Source: Octopus vulgaris (lineage: Eukaryota). Taken from it: a stretch of 64,000 nucleotides of DNA. Positions 51,106 to 64,000 of this stretch are shown here, one piece after another. The position numbers were made by a program, and so were the translations under genes. How positions within the stretch are numbered: position 1 is the stretch's first letter; each line of letters starts with the position of its first letter. Under the pieces are notes generated by a model. The model saw nothing but the letters and a program-made list of their open reading frames with translations. It was not told the DNA's origin and did not search any database. The stretch covers positions 136,524,001 to 136,588,000 of the forward strand of contig OX597817.1 in assembly GCA_951406725.2 (NCBI GenBank). The letters run 5' to 3'.

Positions 51106-54048
51106 ACTGTGTGTAGATATGTATATATGTTTACATGCATTGTGTGTGTGTGTTAAAGAAAGTTACACACTCTTTCTTGTTTGCTACTCTAATACTTCTT
51201 ACAAAGAAATATTGTTGTCAAACTTTGATGCTTTTGTTTTCTTGTAATCAATGATCTTAAGAATATAATTAACTCTCTTTTACATGTAAAACGCATTTCC
51301 CCATGAGTTTAAAAAATAAACTACTGCTGATCGTTTGTGCTTTTCTGTTTTTGTCTCACCATATTTTCAAAGGATGTTTTTAGTGCTAAATTTTACTGCC
51401 ATTATACCCTACTGGATATTAACATTTTTGTTTCTAGGGTTTCGCCTTATTTTATTCCAGTAGCATGTCTAGGGATAGTTTTATTACACCAAACTATATA
51501 AATCATAATAATAGTACTTTAAACTGTAGACTTTGGTAAATATTAGTGTAAATATTATTTATTGTTCTAAAGTAGGTTTTTCATTTAGTATTTAAGCTTG
51601 ACTATTTTTTTAACAAATTCCATGTGGAATTAGTTCAAAAGGTTTTGCTGTGTTTATAATTTACCATTAGTATTCTGTGGTGTGGCAAATACCATTTAGT
51701 AGAATTATAGCTATTTCACTTCACTTTTATTACTAATGTTCTTGTGAAAGGCATGAACATCAAATCTCCATTCTCACCTCCTCCCTGCCTCCAAACTCTC
51801 CAACATTTATTCCCCACTGACTGATTGCACTGATTTCTGAAAGTCAATAAATTGACTCTGTTTATCTGATTGAATATTAAATCATTATCAGGATGTTAGT
51901 TCAGGTGTCGACTAATAAGCTGGTGTTGTTGGGTTCAAATCCTTTTTTATGACTTTTGTGTAACAGATAGTGCCCAAAGTTTGCTATTAGATAGAGAGCC
52001 CAAGGTAATTTTATTGAGAATTCTTATGTGGTTTACTCATGACAGTGTACTTACACATATTACTGGTATTCAGTTATTGATTATATTTCACTTCATGAAC
52101 TGTACCTGTTTTCAAAGGGCCAGCCTTACTCTAAACATGCAGTACTAAGCTGAATCTACCTGAAAATTACTTTAAAGGTACAAGAAATATCTCTGGATTA
52201 TTCAGTCACTAACACTATAAATACAATGAGGAGCTGTAGTTTTGCTGATCAACTGACTAGACACCTGCTTCATTTACCTGTCAGCTATATTCCTTTACAC
52301 ATGCTTCAGTGTAATAAATTCAAAAATATTACAACAAAAGTTGTCCAAATCGCCACATCTTTGATATAGCTATCGTGGCTCTCTGAGTTTGCTGATGTAT
52401 ATTTTTGTTATGCCATTTATTCAAACTTAAAATGGAAGTAGAGAATGACCATATTCATACACCTGTTCATCCATTCTTTTTCTTCTTATTTTACTTTGAA
52501 AATCCTGTAGGAATTGACAAAATTCATTTTGTTTTCACTGTTTCTCCTTCTTAGAAGAATTATACTTCATTAGGATTGACTTTGGGAAGATGTTTTTATT
52601 CTGCAAAATCAAGACCAGTTTGTTTTTCTATTAGATGAGAGATAGGTAACAATATTTCCTTATGAAAGATAATAGTTGTTTAATTGTCTGTGTATTCTTG
52701 CCAACCATCACAACTAGCATATATTTCTATCTGCCTGTGTGTGGACACATAAACACACTGATATAATGTGTATGTGTGATAGTTATGGAATAGCATGTTA
52801 GATGTATTAAGCTAAATGCATGGCTAGTATACATCTCTACAGCAATTAGTGAATGGCCTTCAATTTATGATTATTCAGAAGCTGTTTTTTCTCTCTCTCT
52901 CCTTCTCCATTGTCTTCCTTTCTCTCCATCTCTCCCACCTCCTCTGTTGTGTATGTGTGTGTGCACTAAGAACGAATTCAAACACTGTTATCTGCTCAAC
53001 TGATGGAACGATCAACAGCAATGACAAATAAGTAAACCCCTGTCACCCACCAAATATGCTCTACTTTAATTATCACACTGATGGTACTAATGATGCAAAA
53101 ACATAAGTGATAATGTTTATCTGTTACAGTTGAAATGTGAATCTTGAAAGTTGTTAAAAAGTCTAATTGGTTTCATTTTATACTCCAACATTCCATTATA
53201 AAAACTGAAAATGATACCTAGAAAATGATACTAGAAAAGAAAATGGTTAAGACCAGTTTGGGAAATCTTTGAAATTGAGAGTTATGGGGAATGGAAACCT
53301 CAAACTAATTATTTAAAATAATTTTTATTCACTGCAACAAAATATGACCACAAAATAAATTCAGGTAGATTTAATTTGACTGGGGAAAACTGTCCATAAC
53401 AAATGGTCATTTTAGAATGTTTCCTTGTCAGGAGTAACCATAAAAGACTCACTGATTGAATATTTTAAACAAATAAGCAAATATTACATTATAAAAAACA
53501 GGAAAAAAAAATCACTAAATGAGCAATAATCTATAAATTACATTTGGCGAAAGATATGCTGAGCATCTTCTGCTGAAAATAGAAGTTAAAATTAATATGT
53601 CGACTTGAATACAATGACAAAATAGTAAAACGCAGGTATGGTATTTTTGGTAGCTGCTAATATATTCATATTTAGCCAAAATATAATAGATCAAAGTATT
53701 TATAAAATTAACAAAAAATTCCATTTCTCACTCAACCCATGGGTGATTATTTTCTTTCATTAAAATGACCATTTAGTCATTTGTCATGTAATTGACAGGA
53801 GATGAATTTCCTGCTAAAATGAATTTAATGTCCACTAAATGTGAGAGAACTCATCGCTAAAAAGTGATACTCTTTAGACATGTGGTAAACTAGTCAGATT
53901 TGTTTTATTAAAACTAAAATACTAGTTTGTAGTTTATTTTCTAAAGGCTTTTGTGAGGGTATATAAGACAAGCTCGTTTTTTCCTTGTGTGTTAAAAACA
54001 GCAGTCAAAATTGCTGTTGTATCACTAATGTGAATTTAGTGTGTGCAG

Positions 54049-54063
54049 GGTAAAGTAATGAAG
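54049..54063 (+). other. Candidate 15-nt microexon (GKVMK) or 3' end of an alternative first exon (ATG AAG)
   Basis: TGCAG|GGTAAAGTAATGAAG|GTGAGT; CACTAAT branch-point-like motif ~20 nt upstream; TATATAAG at 53960. Confidence 0.4.
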
Positions 54064-57000
54064 GTGAGTTGTGGAAACATTTTGCATGGTCTTCTGTTTT
54101 TATTCAGAGACTTGGGTGTTTTTTTCTTGGTGAAGGCTTAAAAAACTGTGTTCACATCATGTTCACACTGGACTGCACTGGTTCATTCCATGATTCACAA
54201 CTGATCTTTCAGCAGAAGCAATTATTTTCATTCTTGCCTGTAGGCTCAAATAAGCTAAAAGTTTTCGTAGCAAAAGAGGAAAATTAGTCATGTGACTGTT
54301 TTTAGCTGAGGGGAACTTGTTAGTTCATGTGACTTTAAGGTAGGAAAATAGTGCTTAGTACACTAAAAAGTCATCCAACTCTATTCAGTTATCACTTGGT
54401 TCAGCCGTGTCCTCAACATGATCATAAAATAGCTCTTTATGTGCAGCACACACACACATGTTGCATATATTTACTAGGAGTAATTTCAAAACTCTAGTCC
54501 ACATGCCATAAAACAACAATGGAAAAATTTTAATAGACAATACACTTGTACCATACATGCACACATAGAACTCCCTGTAATACTTTTCTCAGCACAAAGC
54601 TAAATTAAATACACAGGCATTATACGTGCATCACAGATGGGATAAGCATGTATCTGATGTTGGTGGAACACCCAATCAAATTCTGGTGGCTACATCTTTG
54701 TATGTGTGTGTGTGTTATTTTGCTTAATATATGCTACTGTTTGTTTCTAGTATGTTTTATTTTCTGTGTGAAATATTCTACTCCACACTGACAAAATACA
54801 TCCTTTTGGTTGTATAAATCTTCAATCTGTTATACATCCTAGAGCTTCTTTCCCAACTCATCCATTTCCCAAGTGCTCTCAGTCATATTAACCTTTCACC
54901 TTTCTTCACTGTTAGGGATGATAAACATTCTTAAAGGAGGTGAATCCATGCTGTTTAATCTTTTATCTTGTTGTCATACCTATAATTAATTCATGACGAC
55001 TCCAATGGTGCTCCAATTATTCTGTTGAATAATTATTACAGCCATCATTTGATTAATTAATTGTTACATGTCAACTTCAGCTGATTTCATAAAATGCAGA
55101 GCATTCCCCCATATTTCATCAAATTTTGTAGAATTTTCCCTTTAAAAGTTGTTTTAAAAACTTTCTCCCATTCTGAGTCTGAATAGTCTGCTGCTGCTGT
55201 TAAAAGTGCCGAAGTCGCATTGATTTTAAGTACTTTTACAATTAGGGTCTTCAGTTATTATTTCTGTGAAATAATCATGAATAAAGAGTAATTTTATTAA
55301 TAATTATTAATATTAATGACATTGAAGATAATATCAATAATTATATTAATTACTGCTCTTAGCTAAGGGCAAGAGATTTATAGAGTTAAGAGAAAAGTTA
55401 GAATTTACTTTATTATTTTGTGTAGAAGTGGCCTCTACAACATAGTAGTTGTCAGTAATAATAATGACAATAAATGATTAACGCAGGCACAAGTCCTTTT
55501 TTAGATAAAGGAAAGAAAATATGAGTGTGCAGGTCTTTTTCATGATTATTAGTAATCTCAGTAACTGAAGTAAACTGACTTTGACTTAGATTTGAAGACA
55601 GATTACATATTCAGCTTTGCTACTAATTTTAATAATGGTACCATTAATAGTATTTATATGGGTGTGCATTACAGTTATGTAAAATTGTTGTTGATGTTGA
55701 TTGTTGTAATAATGCATTAACCACATTATTTTGTCATGGTAATACTGTTATTAGCAACACAAATCCTGTTGAAAGTACAGTTCTTTGTTCTATTTGTCAT
55801 CGAAAATAAAAGAATGGTTCCCTCTTAGTTTTTGCTTATCTTTATTTTTAACTATATCGGAATTATGTAGGATTTATTTAGGAAACTGTTAACGAAAGAA
55901 AATAAATGTAATTAATAATTGATAAGATAATTTTTGAAATGTTCAACATTATCTGATGCGATGATGTGTCTTGGTTTTGTGATTGCTACCATCAATTGTT
56001 ATATTAACTTGACCATTCTCTGTAGAATTTCATTTCCGCCAAGATACATTACCAGCTCAATACAACCCTGAAAATGATTACAATTCTAATTATTTATGTA
56101 AACTCTATTTCTATTCAAACTTATTTGATAAAGTTCTATGAATATTAATATTATTTAATTTTCATTCTCAGTTCCATTAATCGAATTGGTAATTTTTATT
56201 TATCAAATGATATTGGCATTTATACGACTTCAAGCTGCCCAGTCTACACTTTGTGTCATCCTATTACATCTCTGTATAGACATCAACTCTTCTGACTAGA
56301 CATACAGCTAGTTTTGTTGAGAACACTGTAAAGTTGGTCCAGTCAACTGAAATATATATATATATATATATATATATTACTGATGTTTTCTTGTGTGATC
56401 TCCAGCACAGTGAAACCATCTGAACACAGAAATGGCACACAATTAGATGCTATGAGGAACTCAGAACATTAACATTTGTGTAAACTCATAGATCTATTGT
56501 TTCTCATTCTAAAGTCTTTGGTTACCCATCTTGTATATTTCCCATCACGTTTTGGCCTACTAGGGGGCACCACCAGATTTTATGATGGTAATTATAGTGA
56601 TATGCAAGAAAACCTGTCTTATTATATTTTGTGTTTTATGTGGGATATAATATTAAGAACAAAATTTACTGAATTAGTAAAGATTATTTGCTAACATAAC
56701 ACGGCAGTCCTGGTTTAGGATGAATGTTGCTGTAATTTATCCCCAGGAGACATCATCTCCAGCTGGCTATACGACATGATCTGTGTCCTTATATTTTCGA
56801 ACAAGGGAATCTAGCACCCCGAATCAGCTCAAAACAATATCTGCATATTGCGATTTCCGGGTTATTTCCCTTCATGTTATGTTGGCAAACCATCTTTACT
56901 ACAAAGTACTGTTGCTGAATATCTCTCATTGTGAGATTTAGAAATAGTAATTTTCTAAAATTTACTGAGTTTAAACTCTGAAAGTCCATGAACACATTGC

Positions 57001-57398
57001 GGTGAAACTGTTACAAAGAAAAATCTTAATTGCAGTGGATTTTACACTTATTTTTCATGAATTATTGCTCATAAATTATACTAATTTCTTCTACTTTGGG
57101 AAACTATGCTGGTTTATGACCAATACAAAATCATATAATGTCTTTTAATATCATATATTTATATTCATACATTCTAACAACTTATTAAACATACAGAAAG
57201 CTGTAATACACCCTCACACACTCCCTGAACCTGTTATCCATTCAAAGTAAACTGGCAAAGTATGACTAATTAACATTAAGAATATTTCTGTTTTAATGAT
57301 TACTATTTAGCTGGCATATTAATTAAGAAGTATATAAATATCTAGATTTCAGAGGCTTTGTTTCCTCAAACTGGTTTTATTCCTGTGACATAGCTCCA

Positions 57399-57451
<53 letters not shown>

Positions 57452-58269
57452 AACAACTAAAGTTGGAAACTTATTAAAAATAATTGTTGCCACCATAAAC
57501 ATTTTATATTTGTTGGTGGATTGAAGTAAGAGAGATTTTCTTATGTGTTTTATAACTATATTTTATAAATCTCTTGTAATTTCTAGTTTTTATTTCCTAT
57601 TTTTTTTAATGATGCGTAATCAGATTATATATTTGTAGATATCAGAATGTTTGTTTGCTGCATGAAATGGAAAACTCTAATAATGGTTTAGCCACAGTAC
57701 CTTCAATGAAGGGCCATAATTTATATTATGGTTTCATCAAAAATAGTTTTTCTTTGAAAGAGATATTGTTATCAATTTTTTTGTTTAAGTGTTTGTTTGA
57801 TGTTTTCCTTAAGTGAGATAATTTTATTGATGAAGATTCTTAAAGAATAAATCCAATAGGAGAGAAAAATTGGTCAATTCAGTGTTTCACTGAGTTACTG
57901 CCTTGTATAGTTCCTGGCTGCCAAATCATCACAAATTCAAATGTTGCTAGAATTGAAAAAAAGCAAAAAAGATTATCATCGTATAATTTGGTCTTCGTAT
58001 TACTCATCTTCCTTATTATGGCTTGGAAGCAATTTTATTTAGCTCTAAAAATAGACATAGTAATAGCAAATATGTGTGTGTGTCTATATATAAACACACA
58101 CACACACAATATTATTATTTCTATTTTTAATTAAATGAAAATGTTTGTGCCTGCTCCTGAAACCAATCTGCTTCATCAAGCAGTCCCCACATCTCATCCT
58201 TCTGCTGTTCATCCCTCTATCACTCTCCAAACTATGGCACTACTCAGCTGCTGTTATCACTTGAGAGCA

Positions 58270-58535
58270 GAATTGGGAATCCACCCAAGCAGTGATAACA
58301 ACAACCCGTGTGCATATTGCCTGGATGGCAACACTGTGCAGGCAAATAGATAGCTGGGTTCTTGGATCATTTTGAACCAGGAATAAGGATACCATGTTAA
58401 TCCTATAGAGAATACACTGCTGAGTGTGAAATGGGAGACAGAACTTGAGGAAATCCAGCACCACTACACATAGAAGATTGAGTGGATGTAACAAATGAGC
58501 TATTGGGAGAGGCTAGAGGAGCTGAAGCTCTATTT
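58270..58535 (+). mobile_element. CR1-type LINE fragment
   Basis: [34 protein letters not shown]; homologous to the minus-strand copy at ~59190-59490. Confidence 0.75.
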
Positions 58536-58605
58536 CCTATATATATATATATGGTTGCATATGTGTATTTATATGTATGTAAATATGTGTGTTTATATAT
58601 GTGTG

Positions 58606-58701
<96 letters not shown>

Positions 58702-58762
58702 AATTGTTGATGTAAAATCATGTTTTGAAACAGATATATATATATTATCTGTTACTGATTTT

Positions 58763-60410
58763 TCAGCCCAGGGCTGAGGTCATGCTGGTGCACCACCTGT
58801 AGTTACTCGTTGTTGTTTCCACTATTGCTTTTTGGTGAAGTAGTGAATTGGATGGAGCTGCTCTTCTTTGCATCTCCTGCCGCGATGTAGGTTCATCTGG
58901 TATCTCGGATAGAAACCTGTCCAGACGTTCCTTGAAGACTTCCACATCAACACCATGTAGGTCTCTAAGGTTGCCTAGCAGGATGTTGAACAATTGCAGG
59001 CCCTTGAAACTCACACTATTGCAGTACTGTGTCCTTATTTTAGATGAAGAAGAAAGTGGGATGTTTGGTATGATGCAGTACTGTCCATTTCAGGGATTGG
59101 TATAGCTGCCAATTCCAAAATTGGGAGCTAAACTCTAAGATCTTCCAATTATATATCACCACATATCTCTCTCGTTTTCTCTCCATGGAATAGAGACTCA
59201 ACTCCTTTAGCCTCTCCCAGAAGCCCATCTTTTACATCAAGTCAATCTTCTTTGTGTATTGGCGCTGGATTGCTTCGAGTTCCACAGTTTGATTCACACT
59301 TTCTGGGAACCATATTTGGGAGCATTAGTCCAAGCGGCTGAGAAAGAAAGTCCTCTATAGGAGTAGCACGGCCTCACTTTTCCTGATTCTGAATGTACTT
59401 AGAATCCATCCAGCCACTCACCTGCACAGTGTTGCCATGTTGGTAATATGCACATGGAATGTTGCATCATTGCTCATGTGAAACCCCAAGTCACACACTG
59501 ACCCTGACTCTGGGATTGTATTACCTTCTGGTCCAGTGTATTCCAATTTTAGCCTGGTGTTGAGCTGATAGTGGAGTGCCTGAAATTTCATAGCATTGAA
59601 CTGCATATTATTTTAGTTAGCCCACTTTTATAATTCATTCAGGTTTTTCTGCAGTTTTATGATGTCAGCATAAAAGGTCAAATTGGCTGTCTGTACCATG
59701 GAGGGCATGCCTGAGAGGGCCACCACAAATAATAGTGGTCCCAGTACAGTTCCCTGTAGGACTCTGCTGTGAATTGGTGTTTCTTCAGAGTGAGCACCAT
59801 TGGTTACTAATGTCTGACTCCTGCCCTTCAGAAAATCCTGCAACCACTCTCCCAGTTCCTTGATAATAGCAAGGTTTCACAGTTAGTGACATATCATGCC
59901 ATGGTCAACCTTGTTGAAAGCCTTGGCAAAGTCAAGGTATTTCATGTCTACAGCTGACTGGTTTAGCTGTTGTTTCAGTACCCAGTCAAAGTGCTGCAGC
60001 AACTTGTGTCAGGCAGCACCTCCCTGGATGAAAGCATGCTGGGTGTTTGTGAGAAGGTTATTTTTTTCTAGGAATGTGATCAGCCTTTTTCTGACAATGC
60101 ATTCCATTGTCTTGCTAACATGTGAGGTCAGAGAGATAGGCGTGTAGGTTTTAGCATCTGCTCTGCAGCTTCCTTTATGGACAGAGCATATTATACCCTC
60201 TTTTAGCATGTTGGGAAGTTTACCACATGCCAGGAAACTCTGAAAGAATATCTGCAGTGGATTTGCAAGAGCCTTTGTACCTGTCTTTAAGAGAACAGCT
60301 GGGAGTCCATCTGGGCCTGTTGCTGAGTTTGATCTCATCTCATCAATGGCCGCTTCTGTTATGCTGATGTAATTAATAGTTGCCTCTTTGCTGAATAGAT
60401 TTGTTGCATT
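58763..60410 (-). mobile_element. 5'-truncated CR1-type LINE (decayed reverse transcriptase)
   Basis: ATGPDGL, YTPISLTSHVSK, DFAKAFNKVDH, QGTVLGPLLF, FYADI, MQFNAMKFQ, FWERLKELSLYSMERKRER; frameshifts and stops. Confidence 0.92.
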
Positions 60411-60444
60411 GAAATATATATATGTGTGTATATGTTTATATATA

Positions 60445-61050
60445 TGGAAGAGGTAGACCCAGGAAAACCTGGGATGAGGTGGTGAAGCACAACCTTTGAA
60501 TGTTGGGCCTCACGGAGGTGATGACAAGTAACCGAGATCTTTGGAGATATGAGTGCTTCAGAAGACTTGGCAAGCCAAGTGAGACCATAACTGTGGCCTA
60601 TGCTAGTGCAGCATAACCAGCCCTTTTAAGAGTACCCTTCAATCATTGGCCAATGAACTGCACTTGTGAAGACCTGTTGAGTCGAGTGAAGTCATTGTTG
60701 TGGTTGATGACAGTACCACCTGATTGGCACCTGGTGGCATGTAAAAAGCACCATTCAACTGTGATCGTTGCCAGTGTCACATGAATGGCTCCCGTGCTGG
60801 TGGTACATAAAAAGAGCATTCAAGTGTGGTCGATACCGGTACTGCCTGACTGGCTCTCATGCTGGTGGCATGTAAAAAGCACCCACTACCCTCTGAGAGT
60901 GGTTGACGTTAGGAAGGGCATCCAGCTGTAGAAATTTTGCCAGATCAAATTGGAGCCTGGTACAGCTTTCTGGCTTGCCAGCCCTCAGTCAAGCCATCCA
61001 ACCCATGCCAGCATGGAAAGCAGACATTAAACAAAGACGATGATGATGAT
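60445..61050 (+). mobile_element. RTE LINE 3' end and UTR with tandem ~65-bp units
   Basis: RGRPRKTWDEVVKH, repeated GGTGGCATGTAAAAAGCAC units, CATGCCAGCATGGAAAG tail. Confidence 0.85.
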
Positions 61051-62459
61051 ATACATGTGTGTGTAAGTATGTATATATATTGTGTGTGCGTGTATATATG
61101 TATATATATATATTTTTACATTTAATTTTGGGGGTTTTAGTGCCAGAGCTGCAGCCAAGCTAGGGCACTGCTGTTAATATATTTTACATATTTTGACCAC
61201 AAATATAGTAACATTGTAAATGTTTGCTCTCTACATTCATATGAACATATAGTTAATCGAGGCAGGTGTAGCTGTGTGGTGAAGAAGTTCACTTTCTAAT
61301 GACAGGACTCCCTTTCACATTCAGATGTTGCTTATGATAAGGTTATCGTTATTATCAAAATTTGTCAATACATTTCTACTTACTCCCTTGTTGTGTAAGT
61401 GCTTTATTAATTAATTCAATATTGCCAACATTTGCACTGTTATGCAAATTGGACAAACCACTTTAGTTGTGTCTGAGCGTGTGTATACTATAAATTATTT
61501 TAAGCTGCTTGTAATCAAGGAAATGACTAACCCATCTTTGATGTTTGAAAACTGGAGATTGGTTGAATTAGTCTTCTTCTGCTGGCCACAGAAAGAAAAG
61601 CCTTTAGTTTAATCAAAATTTCAGTCTTTACTTAGAAAGGTTAATTATGTTCACTGAAACAAACACATATATTTACTCTTCATGTTTCTACATATCTCTC
61701 CCCCTCACACACACACACTCACACACACACATATATATATGTAGTAACACATGAATGTCATTTAAATTTGCAACAGCTGTTTTGGTGAGAACTTTATTCA
61801 ATGTAGTCTTAAAGATTACATCATATTATGTGAATCCACCATCTTCAGGCAAAATTTAAATGGTCAACTGAGATATTAGCCAATGTTGATATGCCGTGAG
61901 TCTTAATGCTAGACAAAAATGGAAATGACAGTATTTGACACTCTCAGTGAGGTCATGGTTTACAACTTGTGAGCACATGCGAAGACAGGAAAATTTTAAC
62001 TCTTTCGTGAAGTCACATATGCTTATATACTTATACTTGTAAACACATGATAGTTTCCTCATTTTCCTTCAATCAAGTTCACTCACAAGGCTTTAAGAGG
62101 CTTGGGGCTATAGTAGAAAACACTGCCCAAAGTAACCCACAGTATGAGTATATATATATAATGTATGTTTATGTATGTGTGTGTGTATCTGTATTCTATG
62201 ATTTTCAGTAAAGAGAGTAAAGTTAATGTCATTATAAAAAACACAGAAAATCTTTTGAAATACAACTGGTTAGGGTTTCCTGGGCAAATTTATTTTGCGA
62301 TTTTATCAAGCTAGTATAGATAATAAAATGGTTTAATAACTGTGTTTGAGGCAATCAATGTTTGAAAGAGGATGTGCATTTACAAAAAAAGACAGAGAAA
62401 TCAAAGGGAGATAATATCACTGTAAAAAATTAGAAAAATTACATGGACCAACACTAGAA

Positions 62460-62880
62460 TGTGTTATGACGTGTCCAGTGGTGTATTCTTAATTCTTGTT
62501 AAGATGAAATTTGTAAAATACAGACAAAAAAAAAATGCTCCTGGTATTTATACTATCATTGGAGATTCTTAAGATTTCTAAGACAGTTTTTCAAGCAAAT
62601 GTACAGAACCTCCTCTTCACACATTGCTTTAAGATTTGGTCTGAGAAAGGATCTTCCATCTGATGTTACAGCTGATGTTCTCATCTTGAAGTTTCCATAT
62701 TAATGCTGAGAGAGTTGTTGCATGTCTCTTCTTGGGATGTCTAAAGATTGAAAAATAGTTATTGTATCTGGATTAAAATTTTCCTCTCACTGATCCAATG
62801 TAACATCTGGTCTCTGCCCCAGCTGTTTTCATAGTTATTTGAAATCTGTTGGTAGCTGTATTTCACGAGCCTTTGTTGAG
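62460..62880 (-). mobile_element. Penelope-like element GIY-YIG endonuclease relic
   Basis: Minus strand YIGS at 62802-62791, then SRYNN and FRHPKKRHATTLSALIWKLQDENISCNIRWKILSQTKS*, followed by Cys remnants. Confidence 0.7.
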
Positions 62881-63049
62881 ATTTTTATTATAATAATAAT
62901 ATACACATGCATGCACGCACATGTGCATTCAGATATGTATGTATATATGTATGTATGTATGTATGTGTTTGTGTGCGTGCGTGTATATTATTTACTCTGC
63001 TGTCATTAAACAATGGATGAGGTTTTTGTATTTTCTTACTGAACAACCA

Positions 63050-63215
63050 CACAATTGCTTTGCAGGTATACAGGTGTGTCAAGCATCGGGTGTTGAAATG
63101 AATGCAGAGCAAGGTGAAATGAAATGTTTTGCTTAAGAACAAAATGCATCACCTTATCTGGGAATTGAAATCACGATCATTCAATTGTGATTACAACACC
63201 CAAGCTACTAGGTAC
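63050..63215 (-). mobile_element. Degenerate SINE head fragment
   Basis: GGGAATTGAAATC (reverse B box) and GAAATGTTTTGCTTAAGAACA core; related to the 49818 copy. Confidence 0.55.
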
Positions 63216-64000
63216 TAAGTGTGTTTGGGCAATTATATATCTGACATTCATCAACTCTAGCTAAAGAACAAGTTTTTCAATAAATGGCTTTATTAATCTT
63301 AACTAAATTATTTAAAAACTTCTTCTTTCAATAGACTTTGTTCCCTATTTAGTTACAAAATATTTCTACTGAGACAAGCTATATATCTGTTGACTAATTG
63401 ATAGATTATATATATGTTCATTTGTTAAATTGGGGCCTTGGGAAGTTAATAAATTCAGTAATGATTAGATTCATTTTTAGTAGCCTTTATGATAGTTATC
63501 TTTACATATATCGGTGCATAAATAATAATAATAATAATAATAATAATGATATATTGATGTGGATGTAAGATAAGACAAGAGGGGAGTGTTTTCATTCTGT
63601 AGTTTATATTTTAGTGTTTAACTTGGCTTTTCATTTATTTAATAAATTAAGTAACTATAATAATATATTGGGCTTAATTCGATCTATACCTATCCTCTTT
63701 GTTTTTAATTAAAAGAAATGTATATTTTATTGCTAAAAATTATTTGCTTTTGTGCGTGTGTGTGTGTGTATGTGTGTATTTTGTTACATTGAATTATATT
63801 AAAGATATATTTACTTTGAAATGTTATTTTTCTTAAAATGTTACTTATATTTATTTAATAATAACTAAAAAACAAACAAACACAAACTATTTCATTTAAT
63901 GACAACTGCCAAATTGCTTTAAAGCCAATATATTTTGTTAACCAATACTTGAATCAATATTGACAATGAATAATTCATGAAAATTGACAAATTTTCTTTT

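Noticed and set aside
58763-60410. Reverse transcriptase as part of a novel RT system (retron or DGR-like)
   Set aside because: Motifs and C-terminus are those of a fragmented CR1-type LINE; no partner genes or template repeats

Overview
AT-rich eukaryotic DNA, very probably from an octopus (coleoid cephalopod). This is inferred from its tRNA-derived SINE families, RTE tails ending in (GAT)n, and dense TA/CA/AAC microsatellites. No intact protein-coding gene, rRNA, true tRNA or CRISPR array is recognisable, and nearly all ORF-track entries are microsatellite or antisense-repeat artefacts. The window is mostly intron-like DNA full of decayed mobile elements: RTE, CR1-type and R4/Dong-type non-LTR fragments, a Penelope-like GIY-YIG fragment, Tc1/mariner-superfamily relics and MITEs, TTAA MITEs and several SINE families. 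Non-repeat signals are a probable (possibly bidirectional) promoter near 16.6-17.0 kb and several short plus-strand candidate exons at 19.1, 33.4, 36.6 and 54.05 kb. One of these carries a 50-aa ORF with an N-terminal hydrophobic segment and one may be a 15-nt microexon. There is also an apparently non-repeat pri-miRNA-like hairpin at 37.5 kb. Several fold-back or inverted repeats and two decayed hammerhead-like motifs are present. All gene-structure calls are unvalidated predictions, repeat-family names are by-eye recognition, and repeat boundaries are approximate unless TIRs or TSDs are given.
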